From: Candidatus Bathyarchaeota archaeon
Lineage (GTDB): Archaea; Thermoproteota; Bathyarchaeia; Bathyarchaeales; Bathycorpusculaceae
DNA: 64,000 bases
Assembly (NCBI GenBank): GCA_963772455.1
Contig: CAVYXJ010000011.1
Location: 64,001 to 128,000, forward strand
Direction: 5' to 3'
The position numbers and the translations under genes are program-made. How positions within the stretch are numbered: position 1 is the stretch's first letter; every line of letters starts with the position of its first letter. Shown in pieces: positions 1-9,407 of this stretch. The notes below the pieces were generated by a model. The model worked only from the letters and a program-made list of their open reading frames with translations. It did no database searches and was not told the origin of the DNA.

Positions 1-366
1 AAAAATCAGATACTTGTACTAAAAGTCACAATTACTTATTCACTCCAGTAATCTCAACTGTCGTCTTTCCTTTGTTAATCGGGCGATTAAAAAATAGGCA
101 TTCTGTTCCAGAAAAATCGCCAAAGTTTCATAAAGAAGAATCGAAGAAATCTTCATAGCTAAAATTCAAGTTACCAATAAAGAAAATGAGTATTTTCATA
201 TAGAAGTTTGCAAAAAAACATTATATTTCATAAAAGAAATGCCTGTTCGAAAGAAAAAAGTCTGTTTTTGAATTTTTAATTTCTGTGTTTTAAGTTCATA
301 TGTAACGGTTATTTTTCTTCTTCAGCTAACAAAGTATAAAAATATGACAATTGTCATATTATTATT

Positions 367-1179
367 GTGGGGAAAACAAAAACGAAAATCAAAAACATCA
401 CAATATCACTGTTACTAATATTCATCACATTTCCACTCATTATTCCGCCATTAGCTTCCGCTTCAAACAGCAATCAATGGAATATCGTAATTACAAATCT
501 TGATGGAACAACCTTGAATTTGAGTTATGACGATATTTTGGTCATGCCTAAGACTGTTGTTAGTGCAGACCTTTTATGCTATGGCAACCTTGTTTCTAGC
601 GGATCATGGGGAGGGGTCAGATTATCAGACCTCATAAATATAGCAATAATTGACCCATCAGTTGTAAGTGTAGATTTTACTGCTCAAGATGGATATTCAG
701 TCTCCATACCAATCAATACCGCAATAAGAACAGACGTCATAGTTGCTTACGACTTAGAGGGTTCGCAGCTAAACGAAGTTTATCGATTAGTCGTTCCTGA
801 TGCAAACGGAGACATTTGGATATCTGCGATAACTACAATAAAAATGAGCATATCCTCGGCTGATCAAATCCAATCTGGAACTAGTGGACAAATCATAATA
901 AATCAATACCAAGCAATAATTAACACGACAACACCAGCTCCTCTTCAGCAACCACCTCAAGGTGAAACTCAACCAATAGTTCCGAGTAACAAGACAGATA
1001 ATGAACCTGTTACAACTCCAACCATCAATACAATCCCGCAAGCTGACAAGAAAATAACAGAACAAATTAATTCAATTCCTCAAATAGAATATATTCTAAT
1101 TTTATTTGGAGTAATTGTTTTAGTTTCCTTAGTAGGCTTTGTTTTTATCAGCCGAAAGAAACCCAAAAAACTAACATAA
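367..1179 (+). CDS. Cell-surface molybdopterin-dependent oxidoreductase-like protein (sulfite oxidase/MsrP fold)
   Basis: Signal peptide; LLCYG..WGGVRLSDL, F.AQDGY.VSIP, VAY.LEG..L..RLVVP...G..W motifs; P/T/Q linker; C-terminal TM with basic tail. Confidence 0.7.
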   Translation: MGKTKTKIKNITISLLLIFITFPLIIPPLASASNSNQWNIVITNLDGTTLNLSYDDILVMPKTVVSADLLCYGNLVSSGSWGGVRLSDLINIAIIDPSVVSVDFTAQDGYSVSIPINTAIRTDVIVAYDLEGSQLNEVYRLVVPDANGDIWISAITTIKMSISSADQIQSGTSGQIIINQYQAIINTTTPAPLQQPPQGETQPIVPSNKTDNEPVTTPTINTIPQADKKITEQINSIPQIEYILILFGVIVLVSLVGFVFISRKKPKKLT

Positions 1180-1290
1180 AGTATCGACAATCAATACACT
1201 AACACTATCACTGTGATCTTATTTCTTAATTCGTTAGCTTTATTTATTGAAAGCGTTAATTGACTGTCAGACGATGAGGAGTAGAAGAAA

Positions 1291-1842
1291 TTGGACAAGA
1301 ATCCGCAATCAAAAGATGATGCCCTCGAGGCGTTAGACTTTATCGTAAACGTTCTAAAAGAACATGAAAAAGACCTCGACAAACTCATCAATGAGCTTGC
1401 AACAGTCACCGAACAAATTGGCGACACGGGCGAATTAAGCGGCAAGGTTGATAAAGTTGAAACAAAAATAGAAACACTACAAAAAGAAGTAACAAACCTA
1501 ATTGGACAACTATCATCAAAATCCAAGGAAACATTGCCACTAGAAAATAACAAGATACAACAAGATGAAGTGAATGAAGTCGTTAAAACCTTCGACCATT
1601 CTGTAATTATTAACTGCAAACAATGGGAAGATTTCCTAAATTTGGCAGTGAAAGCTCAAACTCTATCTTTTAGCTATAATGAGGAAGAAAAGATTTTTCA
1701 AGCTAATGCAATTAAGGGTAACCAATTTATCACCTATAACGGTGAACTTCCGAAGCTTTCTTCTATTTTGAAGATGTGGCTGTCTAAACAGTTGGATATT
1801 CCAGACCGTAACATTTTGGAAGGAAAATTAACTGTAGGATAA
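1291..1842 (+). CDS. Hypothetical protein with N-terminal coiled coil
   Basis: 183-aa ORF, heptad-rich N-terminus, GAGGAG upstream of TTG. Confidence 0.7.
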   Translation: MDKNPQSKDDALEALDFIVNVLKEHEKDLDKLINELATVTEQIGDTGELSGKVDKVETKIETLQKEVTNLIGQLSSKSKETLPLENNKIQQDEVNEVVKTFDHSVIINCKQWEDFLNLAVKAQTLSFSYNEEEKIFQANAIKGNQFITYNGELPKLSSILKMWLSKQLDIPDRNILEGKLTVG

Positions 1843-2285
1843 ATCATTATTTTTACTTCTTATTTTCGCTTCATAAATTATATATTAATTTTCTGTCATC
1901 ATGAATCTTGTTAGTGATTGGAGGGTTGGTTAAGGTTGAAGGTTAACCAGTATGCCAAGATACAATTTCCGTTTTCGAAGCCTTCTCCTTTCTCCTCGAT
2001 ACGGATGGCTATTGGATGCCAATACACATAACCGCCCTTCATAAACACTAACTAAAAATATCCAAAATGAATTCTAAGATATCTACAATTTAGATTTATT
2101 TGAATTGGTTTGACTCAGTCAGGGATCTTGCGATTTGCCTTCATAATTTTTTATGTAGAATAAGGATTATTATTTATTATCCGAGCAAAAAGATACGTTT
2201 TTATTAAAAAAACTCGGACGCTAATTTGGACAAAGTATTTAATTGCTACTTCATACCTCTCCGTTTACGCTGGTGCAAGAATCGC

Positions 2286-3365
2286 TTGGAATCTGTTAAG
2301 CCAAAATTGAGTTGGAAGACTGCGGTTTTTCCTTTACTTGGTTTAACAGGTTTTTTCATTTACATTTACTTGTTCCAAGTGGATATTTTAGGCATCATAG
2401 CCACTGCCCAAACTGCTAATCCATTGATTTACGCAGTAGCCATTTTATTTGGTTTACTGGAAGTTTTGTTTTTTACTATTTCTTGGCGGGAACTAACCAA
2501 TTTCCTCTCAATAAAAATGAGTATTGGTAGAGCTTACCTATACGTTTGGTATGGTCTATATGTTGACACAATTGTTCCAGCACAATCTATAAGCGGGGAG
2601 GTGACCCGAACCTACCTGCTTATTCGAGATAAATGTGGACCGTTTGGAAAAATCGTGGCATCACTCTTCGCACACAGGCTTTTGGGCATGGCAGTAAACG
2701 TTATTGCATTAATCGTTGGGATAATAATGCTTTATTTTGGTGGGCAAGCCTCTCCGCTAGTTTTTAACCTAATAATAATTGTGGCTACCGCAATAACAGC
2801 AGTTATCGCTTTGATGGTTATACTCTCGTACAAGCAACAGTGGACACTTAAAGTAATCACTTGGACTACAAGACTTGCACAAAAAATAACATTTGGAAGA
2901 TGGAAACCAGGAAAACTAAAAGATCAAGCAATCGAAATCACAGATCACTTTCATAACGCAATGAAAGAGTTTCGTCATAACCCAAAATCTGTTGTCACCT
3001 CATTGTTTTTCTTATCAGTAACCTGGATTTTTAGTTTAAGCGTCCCTTACTTAGTATTCCTATCGCTTGATCATCCTGTTTCATGGAGCATGATTCTCAT
3101 AACTTCATCTATAGTTCTAGCTGTAAAAGCAATTCCAGTAGGAATACCCTTTGAAGTGGGGCTTCCGGAAGCCGTGATGACGACACTTTACTTTTCAATG
3201 GGGGTTTCTGCCGCACTTGCAGCCACTGCGACAATCCTTGTAAGAATTATTACTTTGTGGATGCGCTTCTTTATTGGCTTTGCTGCCCAACAATATCTCG
3301 AATTAAGACCAGCCATATCCGCAACTACAAACCCAGAAAAAACTAAAATCCATCCTCAACTCTAA
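2286..3365 (+). CDS. Flippase-like UPF0104/lysylphosphatidylglycerol synthase TM protein
   Basis: Multi-TM; VPAQSISGEV.R.Y and IPVG...G.PE motifs; start TTG 2286 preferred over 2226. Confidence 0.8.
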   Translation: MESVKPKLSWKTAVFPLLGLTGFFIYIYLFQVDILGIIATAQTANPLIYAVAILFGLLEVLFFTISWRELTNFLSIKMSIGRAYLYVWYGLYVDTIVPAQSISGEVTRTYLLIRDKCGPFGKIVASLFAHRLLGMAVNVIALIVGIIMLYFGGQASPLVFNLIIIVATAITAVIALMVILSYKQQWTLKVITWTTRLAQKITFGRWKPGKLKDQAIEITDHFHNAMKEFRHNPKSVVTSLFFLSVTWIFSLSVPYLVFLSLDHPVSWSMILITSSIVLAVKAIPVGIPFEVGLPEAVMTTLYFSMGVSAALAATATILVRIITLWMRFFIGFAAQQYLELRPAISATTNPEKTKIHPQL

Positions 3366-3385
3366 TATTATTTTAGACCCACTAA

Positions 3386-3835
3386 ATGGAAGTAAAAATC
3401 GAAACCGCAACCATCACATTCCTCGACAAACTTTTCGAAATTGAGGAACAATGTTTTGATCAAGAAGCCTTCTCAAAACGCCAAATATCCTACTTACTAA
3501 CCGACTACAATACAATAGCTTTGTTGGCTAAAATAGACAAAGATATTGCAGGATTTATCATTGCCCAAGTTGAAGTCGAAGAAAACACTGAGTTCGGTCA
3601 TATAATAACAATCAATGTAGCACCAAACTATCGCCGTAAAGGAACCGCTACTAAATTTCTAATTGAAATAGAAAACCTTCTAAAACAAAAGGGCATAACC
3701 CAGTGTCGCTTAGAAGTTCGAGAAGATAACAAACCTGCTATAAAACTTTACCAAAAACTTTGTTATCAAACGGTGGGGGTTCTTGAAAACTATTATGGAA
3801 GAAAACATGGTCTATATCTAAAAAAAGTTTTATAA
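3386..3835 (+). CDS. rimI: RimI-like N-terminal acetyltransferase (GNAT)
   Basis: GHIITINVAPNYRRKG, LEVREDN..AI.LY, NYY motifs. Confidence 0.8.
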   Translation: MEVKIETATITFLDKLFEIEEQCFDQEAFSKRQISYLLTDYNTIALLAKIDKDIAGFIIAQVEVEENTEFGHIITINVAPNYRRKGTATKFLIEIENLLKQKGITQCRLEVREDNKPAIKLYQKLCYQTVGVLENYYGRKHGLYLKKVL

Positions 3836-3922
3836 ATTAATAATCCGTCGCTTTTAAGCGCTATCTCAGTACGGAACAATGTTTAAAAGAAATGATGCGG
3901 TACAAACCGATGGTGGGGAGAG

Positions 3923-4192
3923 ATGGGAGAAACCCGAGGAAGAAAATCAAACGAGCAGACCCTTGTCCAAACCATAGTTGTTTTAATCCGCAACACCACT
4001 TGGCGATGTGGTAAGCTTGAAAAATCCATAGTCAAGCACCTCTATAAGCGTCATGAAAATTTTGGCAAACCAGGTGTCTCGATTAGGGACATTATGCTCA
4101 ATCTAAACATTACAGGCGAGAAAAAAGATGAATGTTTAGATGCGTTACGTAGGCTTGAAAAAAGAAATATTGTGAAATTAACGCTGCTCTAA
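3923..4192 (+). CDS. Small hypothetical protein, possible winged HTH
   Basis: 89-aa ORF ending ..ALRRLEKRNIV; GGAG upstream. Confidence 0.6.
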   Translation: MGETRGRKSNEQTLVQTIVVLIRNTTWRCGKLEKSIVKHLYKRHENFGKPGVSIRDIMLNLNITGEKKDECLDALRRLEKRNIVKLTLL

Positions 4193-4250
4193 TTTTCTCT
4201 TTATTTTTGCAAGCTATTTCGAAAAAGGTCTTAATAAAATATTTTGTGAT

Positions 4251-5630
4251 TTATTTTAGTAGCTCAGTCTCGCTTGGGGGTTGCTTTATCAAACCATGTC
4301 TCATTAACAACTCAGTTGATTCCCTCGCATTACTAATTATTGCAGAAGCACGTTCATACAGCTCTTGCCTGCTGGGTTTTATTCGAGCAACGCCTTGTTC
4401 AATAGATTTCAAAGCACAGGCAACGGCTTCTTTGGGAAATACTTCCCACTCATCCATCCTTGGCAAAATATCTTTTTCGTTCATTCCTCGTTCTTCGGCA
4501 TATTTTGCCAGTTCTTGGGCTGCTGCAATACACATATCATCAGTAATTGTTTTTGCTTTAACATCTAGCACGCCGCGGAAGATTCCTGGAAAACCAAGGC
4601 TGTTATTGACTTGATTTGGAAAATCACTTCGTCCAGTTGCAACAATTCTCGCTCCTGCCTCTTGAGCATCCCAGGGCCAAATTTCAGGAATAGGATTAGC
4701 GCAAGCAAAAACTATTGAATCTGTAGCCATTGTTTTTATCCACTCTTTTTTTATTGTATTTGGACCTGGTCTTGAAGCTGCGACTACTGCATCTACGCCT
4801 TTGAATGCAGCTGCAACATCGCCCGTTCGACCTTCACTGTTGGTTTTTTGGGTAACGTCGTATTTCCAAGGGTCTTCTTCTTGTGTGACATCTGCCCTTC
4901 CTTTGTAAATTATACCTTTGCTATCAGCAAGAATTATATTTCCTGGTTTTACACCCCACTTCATTAGCACATAAGCCGTCCTGATATTTGCGGCTCCTGA
5001 ACCTACAAGAGTAATGAGGCTTTCCTTAGGCTTCTTACCTACGAGTTTGAAAGCATTAATCAAACCTGCTAAAATCACAGTCGCCGTTCCTTGTTGATCA
5101 TCATGCCAAACTGGAATTTGCATATGCTCACGTGCTTTCTCAAGCACATGGAAACATTTTGGTTTCTCAATATCTTCAAGATTGATACCGCCAAAAGTCG
5201 GCTCTAATGCTCTACAAATCTTAACAATTTCATCAGGATCCTTAGTTCGCAGGCAAATTGGAAACGCATCAACGCCTCCCAGATACTTGAACAAAAGAGC
5301 CTTTCCTTCCATAACAGGCAACGCAGCTTCAGGACCAATATCACCTAGACCCAGAACACGTGTTCCGTCGGTTACTATTGCTACATAGTTCCAGCGATTG
5401 GTTAATTCGAATGATTTATCGGGGTTTGCTTGAATTTCTTTGCAAGGTGATGCTACACCTGGTGTGTACCAGATTGCAAAGTCGTCTGTGTTTCTGATAA
5501 CACATTTGGGAATGACCTGCATTTTTCCCTCGTAGAACTTGTGCATTGGAGAAGAAAGTTGCGCTGGCTTTTTGGCTTTTGCAAGCAACTCTTCTACGGT
5601 TGGTTTATCATCAATATTATCAGGAACCAT
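4251..5630 (-). CDS. NAD(P)-dependent malic enzyme
   Basis: YTPGVA, VMEGKALLFK, INLEDI, HDDQQGT, ATGRSDFPNQVNN. Confidence 0.95.
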   Translation of the reverse strand: MVPDNIDDKPTVEELLAKAKKPAQLSSPMHKFYEGKMQVIPKCVIRNTDDFAIWYTPGVASPCKEIQANPDKSFELTNRWNYVAIVTDGTRVLGLGDIGPEAALPVMEGKALLFKYLGGVDAFPICLRTKDPDEIVKICRALEPTFGGINLEDIEKPKCFHVLEKAREHMQIPVWHDDQQGTATVILAGLINAFKLVGKKPKESLITLVGSGAANIRTAYVLMKWGVKPGNIILADSKGIIYKGRADVTQEEDPWKYDVTQKTNSEGRTGDVAAAFKGVDAVVAASRPGPNTIKKEWIKTMATDSIVFACANPIPEIWPWDAQEAGARIVATGRSDFPNQVNNSLGFPGIFRGVLDVKAKTITDDMCIAAAQELAKYAEERGMNEKDILPRMDEWEVFPKEAVACALKSIEQGVARIKPSRQELYERASAIISNARESTELLMRHGLIKQPPSETELLK

Positions 5631-5809
5631 TCAAGACAACTCTGATTAAAGGTGAAAAAACACTGCTGAGCATTTAAGTTTTTATTAAAAATTGTAAGTT
5701 AACGATATTCTAACTACAATTAAGCAATAAGTAGAATGTGCTAAGAGAAATAATTAAAGAGATAAAAAATCAAAAAAAGAAAATTTTTCTAAACTAACAC
5801 ATTGAAAGT

Positions 5810-6418
5810 TTAGTATCTTGGTCTGTAGCCGCCGCCGCTACCGCCGCTGCCGCCGCCGCGTCGATCTCCGCCGCCTCTACTGTCTCTTCCGCCGCCGTAA
5901 CCGCCGCCGCCACCGCCGTATCCTCCGCCGCCACGTCTGTCTCTTCCGCCGCCGTAACCGCCGCCGCCACCACCGAATCCTCGTCCGCCGCCTCTTCCGC
6001 CGCTTCTAAATGGTCTACGTTCTTGCTCGTATGTCTTGCTTGAAACGTTGTTTTCTGTGTTGACTTCTACTGTGAGTGGCTCTTTTGCTGTGTCTAATTT
6101 GCCGTATTTTCCTATGTTTAAGCGTATGTTGCCTTTGAATAGTGTAACATAACCGTTTTCAATGCGTACGGTATCTGCTTCGTTGACTTTCTCAATGTTA
6201 TCATCCCATAGGGTTAAGTAAACTACGCCAGTTTCGTCTCCGATAAGTGCATCGCTAACTTTGTGTGCAGATCCATCTCTGCCCATTGGAATTTCTCTAA
6301 CTTCAGTTTTGGATACTACTTTGGCCGTAACGTTAACCGCTTTTGATTGTGGGGTTAAGTCTCCGACTTTTGCTTCTACTGGTTCCTTTTTGTTTTCGAA
6401 AAAACCTTCAACAGCCAA
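5810..6418 (-). CDS. ssb: Single-OB single-stranded DNA-binding protein with Gly/Arg/Tyr-rich tail
   Basis: GDETG.V.LTLW, V.IENGYV..F.G...LNIGKYG; low-complexity C-terminal tail. Confidence 0.88.
   Translation of the reverse strand: MAVEGFFENKKEPVEAKVGDLTPQSKAVNVTAKVVSKTEVREIPMGRDGSAHKVSDALIGDETGVVYLTLWDDNIEKVNEADTVRIENGYVTLFKGNIRLNIGKYGKLDTAKEPLTVEVNTENNVSSKTYEQERRPFRSGGRGGGRGFGGGGGGYGGGRDRRGGGGYGGGGGGYGGGRDSRGGGDRRGGGSGGSGGGYRPRY
5824..6004. repeat. GC-rich (CCG)n low-complexity tract with internal duplication encoding the SSB GGYGGGRD tail
   Basis: TCTCTTCCGCCGCCGTAACCGCCGCCGCCACC occurs twice (about 5883 and 5940) in an AT-rich genome. Confidence 0.8.
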
Positions 6419-6535
6419 TTGATTTCACCTATTTTTTAGTCTGAGACACAACTTAGATTTCTCTACACTTAAGTGTTTCGCTTTGCCAAGCTTTGGATGT
6501 TTTATACGTTGTGCATATTAATGTTGTAGTTATTT

Positions 6536-7345
6536 TTGGTTGTTATGAATAAAAATACTTTAACCGCCGTATTGATTGCAGTCGCGGTTATTGTTACTTG
6601 CTTGATTTTGGTAATTATTACGATTCTTGGGCAAATATCTATTGAACCTGCTTCACCAACGGTATACACTTACCAAATTATCAAAACATATCCTCATGAT
6701 ACAAATGCATTTACTGAAGGCTTAGTTTTCGACAATGGAGTTTTATATGAGAGTACCGGAGAATATGGATTTTCTTCTTTACGTCGAGTCAATCTCGAAA
6801 CTGGAGATGTGCAAGACAATATTTTATTGTCTGAACAATATTTTGGCGAAGGTTTAGCTGTTGTTAATAATTCACTTATTCAATTGACATGGCGAGAAAA
6901 AACAGGTTTTATCTACAACAAAGAATCCTTAGATTTGGTTGGAAATTTCAGTTATTCCTCTGAAGGATGGGGCTTAACTTACGATGGCAGTAACTTGATC
7001 ATAAGTGATGGCACTTCAAAGCTGACTTTCCTTGACCCAACTACTTTTCAAATTACTAGACAAGTGAGCGTCCATGATGGAAATTCTTCCATCACAAACA
7101 TTAACGAATTAGAATACATTAACGGAGATATTTACGCAAATATTTGGATGCAACAAAAAATAGCAATTATTAATCCTCAAACCGGCATAGTAAAGGGCTG
7201 GATTGACTTAACAGGCATCTATCAATCAAGCAACATAGACGATGTTTTAAATGGGATAGCATATGATTCCCAAACCAATAGATTATTAATTACAGGAAAA
7301 GATTGGCCAAATCTCTTTGAAATAACAATAAAACCAATAAATTAA
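6536..7345 (+). CDS. Glutaminyl-peptide cyclotransferase (type I, beta-propeller glutaminyl cyclase), membrane anchored
   Basis: YPHD..AFTEGL, ESTG.YG.S, FGEGL, LTW, EGWGLT, NELEY, VLNGIAYD, TGK.WP. Confidence 0.93.
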   Translation: MVVMNKNTLTAVLIAVAVIVTCLILVIITILGQISIEPASPTVYTYQIIKTYPHDTNAFTEGLVFDNGVLYESTGEYGFSSLRRVNLETGDVQDNILLSEQYFGEGLAVVNNSLIQLTWREKTGFIYNKESLDLVGNFSYSSEGWGLTYDGSNLIISDGTSKLTFLDPTTFQITRQVSVHDGNSSITNINELEYINGDIYANIWMQQKIAIINPQTGIVKGWIDLTGIYQSSNIDDVLNGIAYDSQTNRLLITGKDWPNLFEITIKPIN

Positions 7346-7446
7346 GGTTCATTTTCCGATAAAATGAAAATGCTTTTTCGTTTAGGAATCTCTCATTTGA
7401 CCCTAATCAAAAAGAATTTAAACAGTAATTAAAAAATCTGTTAGGT

Positions 7447-8193
7447 TTATTGTGTTTTGGATTTCAAACTTTGACTTGTTTTTAAAATCTTGGTTGACAA
7501 AGTTATTATTGTGGCTGATAAAAAGATGCTAAGTGTTATGAGAACTATGTTTGAAAATTCTGGAATGCTTGTCGAGGGTTGTGGGGTAATTGAAATTTTA
7601 GCAGTATTTGTAGGGGTTGGAGAAACTGAAGATCCAGGAATGACAGCTGTTATTTCTTCAGTTATGTCTGTATGATCAATTAGATTTGCGGAACCTCCAG
7701 CTGCAGGGTGATCTGAGAGTTCTGAAGTTAGAGCCAATTCAGTTGATCCTGGGCTTGAGACTCTAAATGTTAATGTAGCTATTATTCCGCTTCCGGTGAA
7801 AGAAGATGCAGAACCTGTCGATGTGGCTAAAAGATGATATTGTCCAGTTGATTGTGATGCAATATCATCGACTACTTCAATTGGATAGCCTGAAGTTTCA
7901 TGAAGAACTCCTCCTGAGTGAGATTCGACTCCCAATTGTGATGTGGCACTTACTACTGAGAGGATAGTTGGGTTCCAGCTAAGTGTTACGTCTAAGCCGA
8001 AGAGATTTTGGACATTTGAGATTCTTATATTAATGGTTAAAGTGTCACCAACACTCGGTTTATTTGTTGAGGCTTCTGCCTTAACGGTTGTTCCTTGTGC
8101 AAAAACACTGCTTACAAAGATAAATGAAAATAAAATACAAATTAGAATTGTAAAAGAAATTTTGGACATTAACATGCTCGGGTGCTTCATCAT
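7447..8193 (-). CDS. Secreted cohesin-domain protein with PEF-CTERM-like sorting signal
   Basis: VGDT.TINI.I.NV.NL.G....L.WNP..L and SG.IATLTF cohesin pattern; S/T/P linker; IPEF + TM + basic tail. Confidence 0.75.
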   Translation of the reverse strand: MMKHPSMLMSKISFTILICILFSFIFVSSVFAQGTTVKAEASTNKPSVGDTLTINIRISNVQNLFGLDVTLSWNPTILSVVSATSQLGVESHSGGVLHETSGYPIEVVDDIASQSTGQYHLLATSTGSASSFTGSGIIATLTFRVSSPGSTELALTSELSDHPAAGGSANLIDHTDITEEITAVIPGSSVSPTPTNTAKISITPQPSTSIPEFSNIVLITLSIFLSATIITLSTKILKTSQSLKSKTQ

Positions 8194-9116
8194 TTTTCAC
8201 TTTTTACCCGTTCTTTAAGAGTCACTATTTTATCCCGCCCACTCATATATCTTGTTATGGAACCTTTCGTCTCCAAACCTGACAGAAGTTGGCTAGTTTT
8301 AGCTTTTGAAAATCTACTTTGCTCAGTTATTTCTGATTGCCGCATACTGCCTCCGAACGATTTAAGAATTTTTAAGACTTTGTCTTCTTCGCTCATTATT
8401 GGAGAGACTATTGTGTTTGATGAGAATCCGTTATTTTTTCGCCTTTTATAAACTAAGAACCCTATTAAAGATAAAAAGAAAACTCCGGCTACAACTGCCA
8501 CTAGTATTGAGTAAAATTGCCAGTTACTTGCAAAATCGTTTTCATTTTGAGTATAACTTGTTAAAACGATGTTTACTTTGTTGGTTACTAAGTCTTGGGT
8601 TCTCATCCACTTTATCGTATTTGCTGAATTTTGGCTGGCATAGGGGACTGGAGATAACGATTTAATAGAGAATTCCGAAGGGTAGGTTAACTGCAGTGCA
8701 GCATCTCCGTAAAGGCGACTAAAGAAATTGTTAACTTGGAAAACATCTCCAAAGGTAAGTAAATTGTCTTGAATGGCACTGAAGTTTAACCAAACAAAGG
8801 AGTATTCTGTAATTTTTGAGTCCAAGGAAATTGTAGTGTTTATCTGCAAAGAGTCTTCATCTACAGTCATTGTTCGGTTAGTTATACTTGCAGCCAAATC
8901 AACTAAATCAAATACTTTCTGTTGAAAAATATCAAACGATTCTACCGTGGCGTTTGCATCCGAAAACTGTGTTATAAGCCAAATAGCTGAACCATTGCTT
9001 CTCACTTGAATATTATATTCGAAATAATTTTGTCCTTGCACACTTTGTAATTGGAGAAAGAGTAGAAGCATAAGTAAGCAGAGGATTAAGCATGATTTTT
9101 GGCGGAAGACTCTCAT
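8190..9116 (-). CDS. Membrane-anchored transcriptional regulator (extracellular domain, TM, C-terminal winged HTH)
   Basis: Signal peptide, single TM, then EEDKVLKIL..GG.MRQSEI...FSKAKTS.LL..LE.KG.I.R...GRDKIV wHTH. Confidence 0.75.
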   Translation of the reverse strand: MRVFRQKSCLILCLLMLLLFLQLQSVQGQNYFEYNIQVRSNGSAIWLITQFSDANATVESFDIFQQKVFDLVDLAASITNRTMTVDEDSLQINTTISLDSKITEYSFVWLNFSAIQDNLLTFGDVFQVNNFFSRLYGDAALQLTYPSEFSIKSLSPVPYASQNSANTIKWMRTQDLVTNKVNIVLTSYTQNENDFASNWQFYSILVAVVAGVFFLSLIGFLVYKRRKNNGFSSNTIVSPIMSEEDKVLKILKSFGGSMRQSEITEQSRFSKAKTSQLLSGLETKGSITRYMSGRDKIVTLKERVKSEK

Positions 9117-9299
9117 TACTATTCAAGTATGGAAACGTTCATCATACTTAAATTTATTATATTGTTATTCCTTTGGAGAGCGCTGTATTTCTTATTAGTT
9201 GCTGTGATCAAAAGAGGTTTTCTTCCGAAAAATTAAAAGTAACGTCGATTTACCGCTACTAATGCTTTATTTACCTTATTTCTTAATATTAGACATATT

Positions 9300-9340
9300 T
9301 GAACATTATTGAACGATTATGAACTGTTAATAACCTTATT
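9300..9340. promoter_or_regulatory. Putative operator: four 10-bp-phased direct repeats (GAAC/TAAC)
   Basis: GAACATTATT GAACGATTAT GAACTGTTAA TAACCTTATT in the divergent intergenic region. Confidence 0.4.
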
Positions 9341-9407
9341 TATTAAAATTAGGCTTAGAAAGGCTTTTATTTCTTCAATACATTGAGTTCTTCAATGAGG
9401 AATTAGA

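Noticed and set aside
103-120. GTTCCAGAAAAAT resembling an ORB origin box
   Set aside because: Single weak match, no G-string and no cdc6/orc1 in view
1900-2045. Short ORFs or possible ncRNA in the intergenic region
   Set aside because: About 30 aa or less, with no motif or convincing structure
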